This document shows, in pieces, positions 13,918 to 31,330 of a stretch of DNA of 64,000 nt. Position numbers and translations under genes: made by a program. Each line of letters opens with the position of its first letter. Position 1 is the stretch's first letter. The stretch lies in assembly GCF_009914755.1 (NCBI RefSeq), contig NC_060942.1, one strand, 5' to 3'. A model generated the notes under the pieces. It was given only the letters and a program-made list of their open reading frames with translations, searched no databases and was not told the origin of the DNA. The stretch comes from the human T2T-CHM13v2.0 reference genome, Homo sapiens.

Positions 13918-14232
13918 ATTAGTACATGGAAAACAGAGCCAAGGATTTTTCAAAAATATATCACAAAGCAATAAAGAGATAGAAAGTTGCAAAAAGAAAG
14001 GGCACTCTGAGTAGTGGCCAGAATAAAACATTGTTATGCACACTTGGGCAAATGGTGGACACAGCACAGTAAGTATGAGGAAACAACCTAAAGTGATCCA
14101 GAATGAAAAAAAGAACTCCCCTGCAAAAGAAAAAGAAAGATTGACATTTGATTCCTCATTGCTGCTACTGGATTCAAGAGGACAATGACATGAGATTTTC
14201 AAAATGACTTTCATCATTGTATTTTAAAAGTA

Positions 14233-14311
14233 CGCAGTGAGCCGAGATCGTGCCATTGCACTCCAGCCTGGGCGACAGAGAGAGATTCCATCTCAAAAAA
14301 AAAAGAAAAAA
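14233..14311 (+). mobile_element. Alu 3' fragment (~80 bp, CpG-retaining)
   Basis: GCAGTGAGCCGAGATCGTGCCATTGCACTCCAGCCTGGGCGACAGAG plus A tail. Confidence 0.92.
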
Positions 14312-14755
14312 TGGAACTCCCACAACAAAAGACAATAATAAGCAGGAAGGCAGAAGAAAACCTATTGGAGTTTGGGACTAGAAATAGTTAGGATTGTCCA
14401 TTCTCCTGTGGGATAGGGAGGAATGAATCTCCTTGCAATGAAGACAGGTGACTAGATGCCTGATGAATGGTTTAAACCTTTAGGCAGTGGAGATCTAACC
14501 CTGCAATAAATGCATTCTTAAAAATAGCAACATAATTCGGGGCTGGCAACCTTTTTGCATTGCTGTCTGAGCTGTAAGGAGAAGCAGATAGCGAGGGAAG
14601 GAGGACCTGGGCCATACTGCCTACTAGCTTGGAAACTAGATCTGTGATATTAATGTAAGGTGAGGGTCCCAAAATAAGACATGCTTCTCCATAATGGAGG
14701 TTTGTAGGAATGTAATTTTGAAATGGCCAGACATAGTAGGGAATGAACAGTAAAC

Positions 14756-14882
14756 AAGGAAGTAAGAAGAAGAAAGAGGAGAAGGAGGAAGAGGAGAAAA
14801 AGAAGATAGAGTAAGAGGGGTGAACAAAAGGAGGAGGAAGAGGATGAAGGAAAAGAAGAGAGAAGAAGGAAGAAGAACAAGA
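14756..14882. repeat. GA-rich low-complexity tract
   Basis: Degenerate GAA/GGA repeats. Confidence 0.85.
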
Positions 14883-14949
14883 GTAGCAGTGGTAGTTAGA
14901 ATTAGTCTCTCTTCAAGATGAGCTTGCGTACTGTAATTCAGAGCATAGA

Positions 14950-16095
14950 AAGAAAACTAACAACAAAAGATAGACAAAGAATGTAACTACAAGAGAATTC
15001 ACTCACAGAAAACACAAATAGTTCAATTATCTGAAAAAAAGTTTCATAGTAAATGTGTTTACAACCCTCAATGAGGTAAGGAAGGAAGGACATCCACAAA
15101 GAAAGAAGAAATTATGAAATAAAACTCATTGTCATGAGTGAAAAATAGGAGGAGATTTTAATAAATACACAATAAAAAACTGGGACATAAAAAATATAGC
15201 CATTGATATGAAAAACTAGATGAAATAAATACAAGGCTGAACACAAAGAGAACTAGAAGGTAAGACTGAGGGATGAACACAGAATTTTACCCAGGGAAAT
15301 AAAGTAATTTTTTTAAAATATGAAAGAGAATTTAAGACATTTATGTGGGCTGAAGAAGTTACATCATACGCATAAATAGAGACCTAGAAGCAGAGGATTG
15401 AAGAAATAGGAGAAAAGCAGTATTTGAAAAGATAATGGCTGTGATTTTTTCTGAATTTGAGAATTTCCTAAAGTCTTTGTGTAAACTGAATAAAGAATGT
15501 GATAAAAAAAAAACAATATCTAGTTATAGTTTTTAGTGAAATGCTAAAACATTAATACAAATTATTAAAAGTTGCCAGGAGAAAACACAGTTTACCTGCA
15601 AAGGCACTACAACTAGGCCAAAAGCAAAATTATTTTCAGCAGCAATAGATGCCAGGGACAAATGAATTATAACTTCAAGTGTTAAAAAAATTCAATTTAG
15701 AATTCTAACAAAAAATAATTCATGGGTAAGGGTAAAGTAAAGACATTTTTATACATACAAAGGCTATATCCTACCTTAATTGAAAGAACTACTTGAGGAT
15801 ATTCTACAACAGCAAGAAAAATAAACACATAAGGAGAAAAAATAGTGAGCGAAGAGAACAGTAAAGCATGTGAGTGAATCCAAATGTCTATTAAATGCAA
15901 AAATAACTTATTTTATTGTGTTTATAAATTATATAAGTATTTTAATTCTTACCCCAATTTAATCTACAAGTGCAACACATTTGCACTAAAACTCTAAGAT
16001 TTTTTATGAAATTAAACAACAGAATTTTAAATTTATGAAAAGAAAATGTTTAAGAACTACCAAATAATTCTTAAAAAGAAGAAAAAAGTAGAAAG
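14950..16095 (+). mobile_element. Ancient L1M/HAL1-type ORF1 region plus short ORF2 piece
   Basis: A-rich; AGCAGTATTTGAAAAGATAATGGCTG and TCAGCAGCAATAGATGCCAG are L1 ORF1-like. Confidence 0.65.
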
Positions 16096-16441
16096 GAGTT
16101 GTTTAAGGAAAATTAGATTTTTTTTTAACATATTTAGGATCTTTCAGGGATCCTTCAAGGAGAGTAATTAAAATGTTCTTCCCAAAACAGTCTTTGATGC
16201 TACAAACAGAGCACATAGGCAGAATAAGTGAACTCTTTTTCTGACCCAGGAGAAGTTAAATTTCCATGTTTACTTATAGAACTCAGTCAGATTAGCCAGT
16301 AGCCAATAATTAAAATATCAACATCTACAATTGAACTACTACTATATTCAAACATTGTCTATCCTATAGAGGCTTATTGATAATGAAGAAATGAAGAAAG
16401 ACCTTGGCAGCTATTTCTGTAACATTTTCTCCATGATTCAG

Positions 16442-16617
16442 CAGTGAGTCTCAGCCCTGGCTGCGTAGGAGAAGCACCCAGGGAGTTTCAGGAAAATATC
16501 ATTGCCAGAGATTCTGATTCATTTGGTCTGGGATAGAGCCAGAGTACTGGTTTTTTTTTTTTTTCTTTTTTTTTTAATTCCAAGTTATTCTAATGGGTAG
16601 CCACGGCTGAGAAAACA
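16442..16617. mobile_element. MER5A-type MITE
   Basis: CAGTGAGTCTCAGCCCTGGCTGC...CCAGAGATTCTGATTCATTTGGTCTGGG. Confidence 0.75.
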
Positions 16618-17669
16618 GATTTATAGGACCATTCACTGAAGACTGAGATTTATCATTAAAACCTTAAATAATGTTAATTCTAATCCATATAATATACCTT
16701 GTGAAGAGGTCAGAGGGCAAGAGAAAGGCTCAATTAGAAGTCTTTAAGTGATTATTTCCAGTAATTGAGGTAAATATCTAAAGTCAACCATGAAAATCCA
16801 ACTAAGCAGTCCTCGTTGTCTCTACCCTATATGAGAATACCAAATTGAACTGATTTTCCAAGGCCACCACATTGAGAGTTCATACAGAGAGAGCATTTCT
16901 TGATTGCATCAGCATACCTGACATCACCTTATATAAGGGAAGAGTTTTTATAAATACAGTTATTTATTGATGTGGAAATCTTGAACAATTAAAGGACCAA
17001 TTTACTCCAGTGTGGTAAAGAAATCAATGCCAGAATTCATATTTTTATAAACATGAAAAGTATAACTTTTCTTTCTACTTTTTCTTTTCTTATAAGCACA
17101 ATTTCTCTCTGCTTGGGTTTTAAATGGTAGAGGGCACTTAGCAATTAATTGCCAAACATACATATAAACCAGATGTTGTGAATGGTGAACAATAAGCAGT
17201 CCAGGGAAGGAAGTACACCTCACAGTGTGCTACCCATAGCAATGTTTTCCATGAGCCAGGACATTTATTGAGCACTTAATGGAGTAGAGACCTTGTGTGG
17301 GACATAAATTCTGTAAAAGCCATCCTCCTGACCCCAAGAAGAGTATAATATAGTTGGGAGACAAAATGTAAATCTAGAAGAAAAAAGTAATTAAAACCAT
17401 GGGGTGGAGTATTCAATTAGTGCTAATGAGGAGCCCATTCTACTCAAGCCCATTCTGACAAGGGCTTTGCTCTACAGAGCTTGCATCCCAGGGGGCTTGT
17501 GTAACCACCCCCCCGGCCCCCTGCCCGCCCTCACAGAAATGATTTTAAAATGCCAGACTCTAGTTTAGCGTCTGAACCATCCCGAGGACAGGAGTTTCAG
17601 ATTCAACTACTATTTACTTTGCAATTATGATGGCCAAAGTGACCTGGGAGAATTTTCGTAGGTTATCTC

Positions 17670-17830
17670 TTCCAATCCTCATAGCCACTCTGAATTAGAT
17701 GGAATCCCCATCTTAAAGATAAGGAAGCAGAGGCTCAAAGAGGTGAAGTGACTACTTCCTCAAGGTGGTACAGATAGTAGATGGGAAAGTGGGGCATTTT
17801 TAATGCCAGGTTTTTACTACTTATCATTAT
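17670..17830 (-). mobile_element. MIR SINE
   Basis: ATCCCCATCTTAAAGATAAGGAAGCAGAGGCTCAAAGAGGTGAAGTGACT. Confidence 0.8.
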
Positions 17831-18949
17831 ACGTATAATACATGATCACTTGACTTACAAAATAGGGTAAAGGGGAAGAAATCAAAAGATGTGGCTGGAG
17901 GAGGAAGTGGAACTTGGTGGGGTTGTAAAAGATGCGTAGAATTTACATGAGGCCGAGATGTGAGGAGGGTGTACATTCAAAATGGGGCACAGTAAGAGGA
18001 AAACTAGATGGGAACGCACCAACTGTGTTCGAGGATGCAGCACAGGCCTGTGTGGATGCAGAGCAGGTCTTGCTCCGCAACACACAGGAGCAAACAAATG
18101 ACCCCTGGAGCCAGGAGCAGATGAATTCTTATTTGTAGAAACATTGCATTTAGTGGCCGCAGCACAATCCCGAGGAAATGAATGGGAGTTTTCTCCCTGC
18201 TGTCAGGGGCATTCTCCTGGATGATTAATTGACAGTTCTCCAGCCAAGCCCCTGTTCCTTCTGGAGGCCATGCCCCTTGGTGTGCACCTGCCACCGCAGA
18301 ACCAAAGCAAGAAAATGTATTGTCTTCCTCTTTTTCTTCTGAGAGCTGCAGCTGCTGGCCTGCTTTAAGGAAACCTTCTTTACCTAGAGTATAAACTTGA
18401 ACTTCTCCGATTTGCAGGGTGAAAACTTTACACTTTCAACAGATTCAGGGAAGTGGTTCTTTTAGAGGGGTTGATTTGAAAAAGCCCCATTCCTCACATG
18501 GTACTTAAGGGCTGTTCCCTTCTTCTTGCCTTCCTGAGACCCTTTTTTCATTTAGCGGCTTTCTGACCACATTCCTCAATGCCACACGATGCTTTGTGAC
18601 AGCTGCTGCAGTTGCCTGGAATCTTGAGGCGGCTGATGGGGCCTCTCACATTCAGGAGCAGAGAGCCGTTGCTCTAAAGGAAAAGCAAACCGAACTTCTG
18701 GTGCATAAACGCATGATTTGTTCATTCATTCCAAACAGTTCCAGAAAGACAAGGCCAATATGGTAATTCTGCCTTTTTAGAAAGATTTTTATGGCTTTCA
18801 AAGAATTAAAGTTTACTTTCTAGCCAAAGAAACACTTAAAGTTAAGTTTCCTGGGGCTTGTTAGCAACATTTGTGCTATCCTCAAATTTGGACTGAAGGA
18901 TTGGGCATGAAGAAGTCTAGAAGTCAGAGATAGTCAGGAATTAGAAATA

Positions 18950-19445
18950 AGAGTGAACATTGCATGAGCACTTCCTATGTGCCAGGCAATGTCTTAAGTG
19001 TTGGGCACAAATCGTTGCTGTTCATTGCATTTTATCTTAACAGCAACACTTTTCAGTCATTCATCAAATTATCTATTAAGTACCAAATTATCTATTAAGT
19101 GTTATGTCCAAGGCATACTGTTCAAGTGGCTGAAGACTGAAAATAAATATAATAAATAAGTATGACATATTATGTAGTAAGGTAGAAGGTGACAAGAGCT
19201 AGAAAATAATTGATTAAAGAGGTTCAGGAATCCTGGAGTGTGGCAAGAATAGGTCTGAAGATCTCATTGAAAGAGTGACACTTTAACAAACACAAGGAGA
19301 GCAAGAGGGACCTGCCATATCTTGGGGGAAATGATCCAGGCAGAAGTAACCAACACTAAAAGGTTCACATAAACAGAGAAAATAAAAATAAGGTATTGGA
19401 AGAATATTAGAGAGTTGACTGAGCCTAAGAAAAAGTGGAAATTAG
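18950..19445 (-). mobile_element. MIR/L2 fragments
   Basis: GAGCACTTCCTATGTGCCAGGC; TCATTCATCAAATTATCTATTAAGT (17-bp local duplication at 19065-19081 and 19084-19100). Confidence 0.6.
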
Positions 19446-19498
19446 ATATTATTATTGTGATAAACAAGATAATATCCCCCTCTTTAGAGATAAGCATG

Positions 19499-19820
<322 letters not shown>

Positions 19821-20185
19821 AGACCGTGTCTTAATCCCAGGATGCTATAACTAGGTTAGGTTATATGCCAAGTGGGAATTAAGGTGGCAGATGGATTAAG
19901 GTTGCTAATCGTCTGACCTTAAAATAGAGAGAGCAACCTGGATTATGCAGGTGGACTCAGTGTAATCATTGAGATCCTTAAAGGTGTAAGAGGGAGACAG
20001 GAGAGAGAATCACAGAAACAGCAGTATGGGGAGGACTCAGTCCTGCATTCCTGGGTTTGAAGAAGGAGGAAGGGGCCATGAGCCAAAAAGTGTGGAAGCC
20101 TCCAGCAAATGAGAAGGACAAGGAAATGATTCCTCCCCAAGGGCCCCCAGAAAGGAACAGAGCCCTGCCCATGCATTGATTTTAG

Positions 20186-20532
<347 letters not shown>

Positions 20533-20889
20533 CAATTTGTATTGTTTCAAGACACTAAGTTTGTGGCAGTTTGTACTACAGCTTGAGGAAACTAAGACAA
20601 GCATTTTTGCAAAAATCCCCCCAAAGATTCATCGACCTCAGGCCTCTGGACAGACAGGCCCCAGGGAAGAAGGTGGTCTCTTCAGATCCCACAGTATGAG
20701 CCAGCTTCAACCATCTCCCTGACTTGGGTCACAGCTCTCTAGCTTCCGATTGTGCCTGGCCTGCTTAAAAAGCATCAGGGTGAGTGTGGATGGAGCCAAG
20801 TGAGCATGAGCAGACTGGAGGATGATGGGGTCGGAGGTCAGACGGAGGAACCACAGCTTGCCAGGCCTCAGAGTTAGTCGGGACACACA

Positions 20890-21236
20890 CAGGTAGGGCA
20901 TCCCTAATCCAAAAATCTGAAATCCACAATGTTCAAAAACCTGAAACTTTTTGAGCACTGATGTGATGTCACATGTGGAAAATTCCACACCTGACTTCAC
21001 ATGACAGGTTGCAGTCAAAACTATTTTTCATGCACAAAATTATTGAAAATATTGTATAAAATTACCTTTAGGCTTTGTGTATAAAATATATATGAAACAT
21101 ACATAAATTTTCCATTTAGATTTGGGTCTCATCCCCAAGACATTTCATGATGTTTATAGAAATATTCCAACATATGAAAAAATACAAAATCCGAACCGTC
21201 TGATCTCAAGCATTTTGATCAGAGATACTCAACCTA
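20890..21236 (+). mobile_element. Tigger4b-like (TcMar-Tigger) MITE
   Basis: TIRs CAGGTAGGGCATCCCTAATCCAAAA ... TTTTGATCAGAGATACTCAACCT. Confidence 0.85.
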
Positions 21237-21829
21237 CGCTCAATTGGTAGCTATAAAAATCCCAAATTGACAGAGGAAATAGTGATTAAATAACCCTCTT
21301 AAGTTTAAACAAGTGAGATTTGACTCAAGACCTCCTTGCCTCTAAAGCTCTTGGTTTTATCAGCTCACCCAAACTGAAGACGAAACACTGGCTCCTCGTG
21401 ATGCTGTTGCAACACAGATGTGTCACCAGGTCCCCAAGATGATATGTTAAGATGGCTCCATTTGTTGATGCCCAGTGGTAGTCAAGAGCATTGCACCTTC
21501 CAGAAAAACATGGAAGAACAGTTTTTTTGTTTGTTTGTTTTCCAGAATTTTAAGTAGAGCCAGGCCTCACGATGGCACACACTTCATTCCCTCTCATTCT
21601 CTTCCTCCCTGTTTCTCCCTCCCTCCGCTTCAGTCCTGCTTTTTTTCTGTTACTGGGGACCAAGGGGATCCTTTTGACATTGCAGCTACAGGGTTTGTTT
21701 AATGAAATAAGGAATTTCTACATGAGTTAGTCAGACTTGCTCATGGTCTTATTGCTTTTTAACCACCCTAGTCTCCATGTTTTTTCCTGTCCTTTGAGAT
21801 TCAAGTTAAGCCACTCTCTGTGCATATAG

Positions 21830-22320
21830 GTAGTCAGCCATCTGTCATCTTCGCCTGCCAGTGTCCCTACACCCTTATCTTGCTACAAGTGTCCTAATTT
21901 TACTGTGGGAAACCACCCCACCCCTTGTGCATCCAGTTTTGGTAGCTTTGTTGGTCAAGGCACCACATCATCTCCTGGCCAATGGGTGGGCACTAGATCC
22001 AAGTTTAGTTGGTCAGGCTTCCTGGAAATTTGAATCTAGAGAGCAGTGACCCAAATACGGAAAATGTACAAATCTAGTTCATTCTGGAGAATCTAAAGAG
22101 AGCAACATATTCCCCAGTGAATGTCTTTCCTGATGTCATGAATTCTTGGGGAGTTTTCTGTAGATATGATCATCTGTAATTTTTACTTTTTCTTGGATTC
22201 AGTAAGCTACTGTAAATTTATCTTCCAATGAATTATTTTTAAAATTTTCCCTGCTTATGTTAACCCACGTCAGTGTTGTTTACTTGCAATTTAAAAACAA
22301 CAAACAACTTTAACTGATAA
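21830..22320 (+). mobile_element. Old ERVL-type LTR (LTR33-like)
   Basis: TGGGAAACCACCC, CCTGGAAATTTGAATCTAGAG and TTACTTGCAA...TAACTGATA end; family uncertain. Confidence 0.5.
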
Positions 22321-22859
22321 CATCTTGCCTCTTGAATAACTAGCTTAATTTACTTAAGCTTTAATATTCTGTACTTCAAAGGCTCTGTGTAACTAAATAT
22401 TCTACCCTTCATTAAGCTGTAGATTTTGCTACTTAACGTAGAGTGTATTTTTCTCTACATGTGTGCTTTTTTCCAATCATAAACCCCAAGACTGGAATAA
22501 AGCAATTCATCTTGCAATTATTCAAAAACCACCATCTTACCTATATTTAGCCATTTTTTTTTTAGGAGTGAGCAAATAGAGATTTGGTCCAAAAGTTCAA
22601 GCCAGGATCTCTGTCTTGTGTGCTTTAATGTTACAGAAAATTCCCCAAAGTTTCATCTACCTGAAATAGTTCTTTCACCTATTTGTATGGTGTCTGCATA
22701 AAAATAAAATTCTGGAGTGAAGGTGCTATGAATCCAAGAGGTCTAATGAAAATCAAAGTGGTACTTGGAGAAGATAGTTTATTACATGTTGCTATCCTTT
22801 CATAGTAACACTTTCAGTGGGATTTTTTCATCATAATAGTGGTATAACATAGTCAAAGA

Positions 22860-23190
22860 TTAAGCTCTGGCCAATGACACATAAGTAGATGTACCACATG
22901 ACTCCCATGTACTCCTTCTTCCTGTAGAATGGATTGTGCATATGATGGCTGCAGTCCAGGTAGCTATCTTGTGCCGTATGATGGAAACTACACCCTGAGA
23001 TGTGTGGAGCAGCAAGAGAGAAGGAACCTGCATCCAGAGAACTTCATGAAGCTGCTCTGCCAGGCTTGGGCTTCCAAACTTTTTTAATACGTAAAAGGAA
23101 AGTAAATTTCTATCGTGCTTAAACTTTTGCTACTTGGATCTTCTGTCAGTTGCAAACACCATCTTCCTGAACTCTAAGTGATGTAGCTAG
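22860..23190 (+). mobile_element. Old MaLR LTR (MLT1I/J-like)
   Basis: CTCTGGCCAATGA, ATGATGGCTGCAGTCCAGGTAGCTATCTTG, GGAGCAGCAAGAGAGAAGGAACCTG. Confidence 0.55.
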
Positions 23191-23547
23191 GTTTATACCA
23201 AATAGGGTACTTTTCTGTTACTACTCCTGCCTCTCAACATCTGTGCATACCTTCCTCAGCCTCCTTGGGTGATCTTAAATACTGTACAGGATGAATCATG
23301 CTTAACTAACACAAACTACCATTAAATACACGTAATAAACATGAACATTACATCTGGTTGCTGAGTGTTCCTAGATAGGGGCAGAATTAAGCTTCACCTC
23401 ACCCACACCTACCTAAGCTCTATCCTTCTCTGACCTTCAAGGCAAGCTCTCAGGCTGGCCTAGCCTCTCTATTCCTGCCATGCTGTTTTATGGGTTTCTC
23501 AGAACTCTCTAGAAGGCTGCCACTTTGGTCTTCTTCAAGGACATACA

Positions 23548-23735
23548 ATTTGGATCCTGCTTTCACCATTTATCTGCTCTTTGGTCTTGGATGACTGATT
23601 GAACCTGTTACTATCTCAGTTTCTTCAACTATAAAATGGGAATAATCTCTTGGAGTTGTCGTGAGGATTAAATAAAGTAATACAAGTAAAGCTTTTGGTG
23701 CCTGGCCCACTGTAAATCCTCAAACAGTATTAATT
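23548..23735 (+). mobile_element. MIR SINE (target of the L1 insertion)
   Basis: CTCAGTTTCTTCAACTATAAAATGGGAATAAT...GTGAGGATTAAAT...GTGCCTGGC. Confidence 0.85.
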
Positions 23736-24311
23736 TTTATTTTTTAGTGTTGAACAAATTTAATAATGAAAATAATATAGCTTTACTGGGTATTGTTACA
23801 TTTTCATTGTGGTGTAACAATGTTCAAGGATTACATCTTTATTTCCATCATATGGCACTGCCTATTTTTCAGTAATATACCCAGGCTCATGTGCAGCTGG
23901 TAGACCCAGGACAGACACACCAGTTGTTGGGCAGTGCCCATGATATACTGTTATTAAATATGTTGAAATACCTCTGAATATACCATTTCTTAGAAATTTT
24001 TTTTTTAAGACAGGGTCTCACTCCAGCCCCCTGGGATGGGGTGCAGTGGGGCCTTCATAGCTTACTTCAGCCTCGAAGATATCCTCCCTCCTCAACCTCC
24101 CAAGTAGTTGGGAGTACAGTTGCATGCCACTACATCTGGTTAACTTCTAAAATTTTTTTGGAGAAACAGGATCTTGCTATGTTGCCCAGGTTAGTCTCAA
24201 ACTCCCAGCCTCAAATGATTCCCACACTCGGCTCCCAAAGTTCTAGGATTATAGGCATGAGCCACCACACTTGGCCCCAGAAATTATTCTTTTTTTAAAA
24301 AAAATTCATTC
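23736..24311 (-). other. L1 3'-transduced sequence with distal poly(A)
   Basis: Lies between the L1 poly(A) remnant and the left TSD; minus-strand ATTAAA at 23759-23764, T tract at 23734-23745. Confidence 0.85.
23999..24276 (-). mobile_element. AluJ (diverged), carried within the transduced segment
   Basis: Dimer on minus strand; short TSD AGAAATT at 23992-23998 and 24279-24285. Confidence 0.9.
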
Positions 24312-27059
<2,748 letters not shown>

Positions 27060-27457
27060 CAAACAGTATTAATTGAAATCATGACTGTTATTTCACTCCA
27101 AAAGAGAAGATTTAAAAGTCGTAAAGACCTTGACAAAGAAAAACTCTGCTGTTTGAGGAGGTGAGTAGGCAGTGGCCTGGGTAGACACTGCCTTTCTAAC
27201 TATCACCACAAAGCAAGCTCCTCTTTCACCATAGGAATAAGGGCTATTAGGAACAAAGGTATGTATCAGCTCCATTTCTCATCCATTTAATTTAAAGTAG
27301 CTTGCATCTACCTTAGGGTCCAGGGTACACAGCAAGGAGCGACACAGAAAATTGAAGAGCTTGTTCATTTCCTTTGCCTCTATTCCACCATGGTTGCTCT
27401 GCTCCCAGGTCCCCAGACTCTCCCATGTTCTCATGTCTCATTCAACGTCTGACTGTA

Positions 27458-27800
27458 AACCATAAAAAAGAATGAAATCATGTCTTTTGCAGCAGCATGG
27501 ATGGAACTGGAGGCCAATATCTTAAGTGAAACAACTTCGAAACAGAAAATCAAATACCGCATGTTTTCACTTATAAGTGGGTGCTAAATAATATGTACAC
27601 ATGGACATACAGTGTGGAATAATAGACACTGGAGACTCAGCAGGGTAGGAGGATGGGAGGGGAGTGAAGGATGAGAAATTACTTCATGGGCACAATGTAC
27701 ATTATTCAGGTGATGGTTACATTAAAAGTCCAGACTTTGCCATTATGCAATGTATCCATGTGACGAAACAGCACTCTTAACTCTTAGAGTTAGACAAATT
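27458..27800 (+). mobile_element. L1PB-type 3' end
   Basis: CCATAAAAAAGAATGAAATCATGTCTTTTGCAGCA...GGATGAGAAATTAC. Confidence 0.9.
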
Positions 27801-27884
27801 GACACAAATCTCCCTACCCAAGTGTCCAGGGAGAAACTCTCAGCCTTCAAGGACACCTTAGGCTTCCTGAAATGAATTTTCCTA

Positions 27885-28244
<360 letters not shown>

Positions 28245-29192
28245 TTAAATTCATTTCACCACTTTATGAAATAATCTGCAGAGATTTATCTTATCACAGA
28301 TTTCTTTAAAGTGTTTCTTTTTCACAATAAATCACCTGTAAAACTATACATAAGCCATGGCAAATAACTCTTGGTAAAACTATTTTCTTTCTAATTAATA
28401 CAAAATTATGATGGTAAAGAAGTGAGAATTTGAAAGATTTGAGCTCTATGACTTTTTTTTTCTTAAGGAAAACACAATGCAGCCCTCATTTAACAATGCG
28501 TTTTGGTGTTTTTGAACCAGTTCCTTCTCAGTGTTATCTGATTTTGGCAAACATACCGGAAAGACAAGATTACAGTCCCCACACTCTCTCCTTTCCAATC
28601 TTTCTGGAACCTTATTTGTATCTCTATGTCAACAGAGTGAAGAAAAGATAGTGTTTTATTTGAGCAGCCCACAGCTACTGGCATACTTCTTAATTAGTGT
28701 CTGTGACCAGTTAGCATTGTTTAGATTTCATTCAACACACTTCCCCAGAAACACAGTGCTTCGTGGCGGCTGCGGTATGCACCAGCTGTCTTTAATCTCT
28801 CAGGACCCAATTCACAGACCAAAAATTCTGTTATGAGCACAAATCTCTGAGTGGGCATTTGTTTATTTTCTGCTTAGGAGACAACTTCCATATATCTCTG
28901 CCATTAAAAATAAATCAGTACATAAAATAAATACTCAAACAAATACAACAGATCAAAAGCTGAGTAACTCACTTCCAACTAAACTGAACTAAAGGCTTGG
29001 CTCATGGAAGTGCCACCTCTGTTTGGTCAAGAAAATACTGCTCTTCTCTTAGAAATAATAAACTCATCCTTAAAAGCCAGTTTGAAGACTAAACATACCC
29101 ATGACAAAGAAAAAGGACAAACAAACTTATGGCTTCAGGCAAAAACGTCATTATTTCCATTGGCCAAGCCATGTACATTCCATTTCTTTTAG

Positions 29193-29503
<311 letters not shown>

Positions 29504-29809
29504 CATCTCCTCTTTTCCTAAATGTGCAAACAGAAATGTCTGCAGACAATGCTTGCTCATGGACACCTGGATGAGTTCTCCTCATTCTAACACTTGGAAC
29601 AACAGAACACATGACCACCTTGTCAAGATTATGTGGAAGTTAACGGCAGCAGTGAGGAGATCCCACACCCCACTGTGTGTCCTGACTCTTCTCCCTCAGG
29701 AACTTACACACATCATTTATGTGACTTCATCATTTTCTTATCCCAGCACCCAGTACAGTTTCTGGCATGCAGTGGGTTGTCAACAAATGATTGTTTAACT
29801 AATACTAGG

Positions 29810-30045
29810 AAGTAGCACTTACATACATGTTTATTATTTGCCAGGCACTATTCCAAGAGCCTTGCAAGTATTAACTGCTTAATCTGCGCAACAGCCCCAT
29901 GGAATAGCTGCTATTATTGCTCTATTTTACAGATGAGGAAACTTGAACATACAGAGGCAAAGCAACTGGCCCTTCAATAGCAGAGATGGGATTTAAACCC
30001 AGGAATTCAGGTTCAAAAGACATAGTCTTGATTACCACACTACAC
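29810..30045 (-). mobile_element. MIR SINE
   Basis: ATTTTACAGATGAGGAAACT...GGGATTTAAACCCAGG. Confidence 0.85.
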
Positions 30046-30571
30046 TTTCTCTGCCCACATCCCAGCCTCCAGGCCTTAATTTCCTCATGTAACTAGATGG
30101 TCTCTGAGGTTCCTTCGAGTTGTGTAGAGTGCGATTCTAGTCTATAATTCTTGGATAACCAGTGGGGCATAGAGAATCCTCTATTACCTATTCATCCCCT
30201 CAGAACATTCCCAAGCCTTAAACTCCTGCTAAGATTACATAAGACAGCATGGAGCCATGGTTTGCCCTTTTCCTAAAAGAAGAAGCTTTCTGTGAAAATA
30301 CAACTATTAGGGCAACAAGAAAACTTCTCATGGGCCCAATTCTTTCAATATCATTTTAATAGACAAATAGGTGATAGACATGATAATGATTCCTAGAATC
30401 CCATTCAATAGCTGCACAAGATGAACCAGCACAAAGAGCTGGGACCTATGACAGCACAAAGGGTCTCTAATGCAATGTGGGATACCAGAAAGTGTAAGGC
30501 CAGTCCCAAGCTGGTCACCTAGGAAGGCATTAGGAAGCCATGAGATGAGAGTGAGGAAGTCAAGGCTATAA

Positions 30572-30572
30572 A

Positions 30573-30607
<35 letters not shown>
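30572..30607. repeat. (TG)n microsatellite
   Basis: Dinucleotide run. Confidence 0.97.
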
Positions 30608-30610
<3 letters not shown>

Positions 30611-31214
30611 AAGAAACTAGACTATAAAGGAAAGCGGAAAGGGACAATGGCAACAACTGGAACACAAAGAGGAAGACAGATTTTTTTAAAGATAAGAAAA
30701 ACATGTCTATAGTTTCCAAAGAAGTAATCTGTTGATAGTGAGAGGTAGAAAACACCAGACAGAGAGAGAATGGATCATGGATAAAATATGAGTCTGGTCA
30801 AGTTAGAGAGGTGGGTGTGAAATGGAGAAAATAATCTTGAAAAGCAGGAAAGGCACCTTTTCTCTTCACGAAGCTGAAATGAGAATGGGTCCCCACGTGG
30901 CCTCTACTGATTCTCTCCTCAGACTGGAATCTTAAGGTAGCTGGGCATAGGAAATTTAAACTATCCTTGGGGGCTCTGCTGACACCAAAAATAGCTTCTC
31001 TACGAAAAGCAAAGGAAAAGCTAGTTGCCAAATGTTAGTGGCTACTGTTGGGGGTATTAAAATTGAGTGCCAATAACTATTAACAGGTATTCACAGGTAG
31101 AAACAGAGAAGTCTGGGGCATGGGGGCCCCAAACAGCCAATGTTGCCCCCAACCAACTGTCCAGGTCCCTAAAGAAAATATATGTGGGAAAAAGAAAGCA
31201 ATGCTAAATGACAC

Positions 31215-31330
31215 TTTCTTTTTTTATTCCACAAATGTGTATTAAATACACTATGCACCAGGCACAGGTGCTAGGGATATAGCGATGAAAAAAACAGAGG
31301 CCTGCTCTTAAGGGATTTACATTCTATCTC
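31215..31330 (-). mobile_element. L2 3'-end fragment
   Basis: CTATGCACCAGGCACAGGTGCTAGGGATATAGCGATGAA. Confidence 0.7.
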
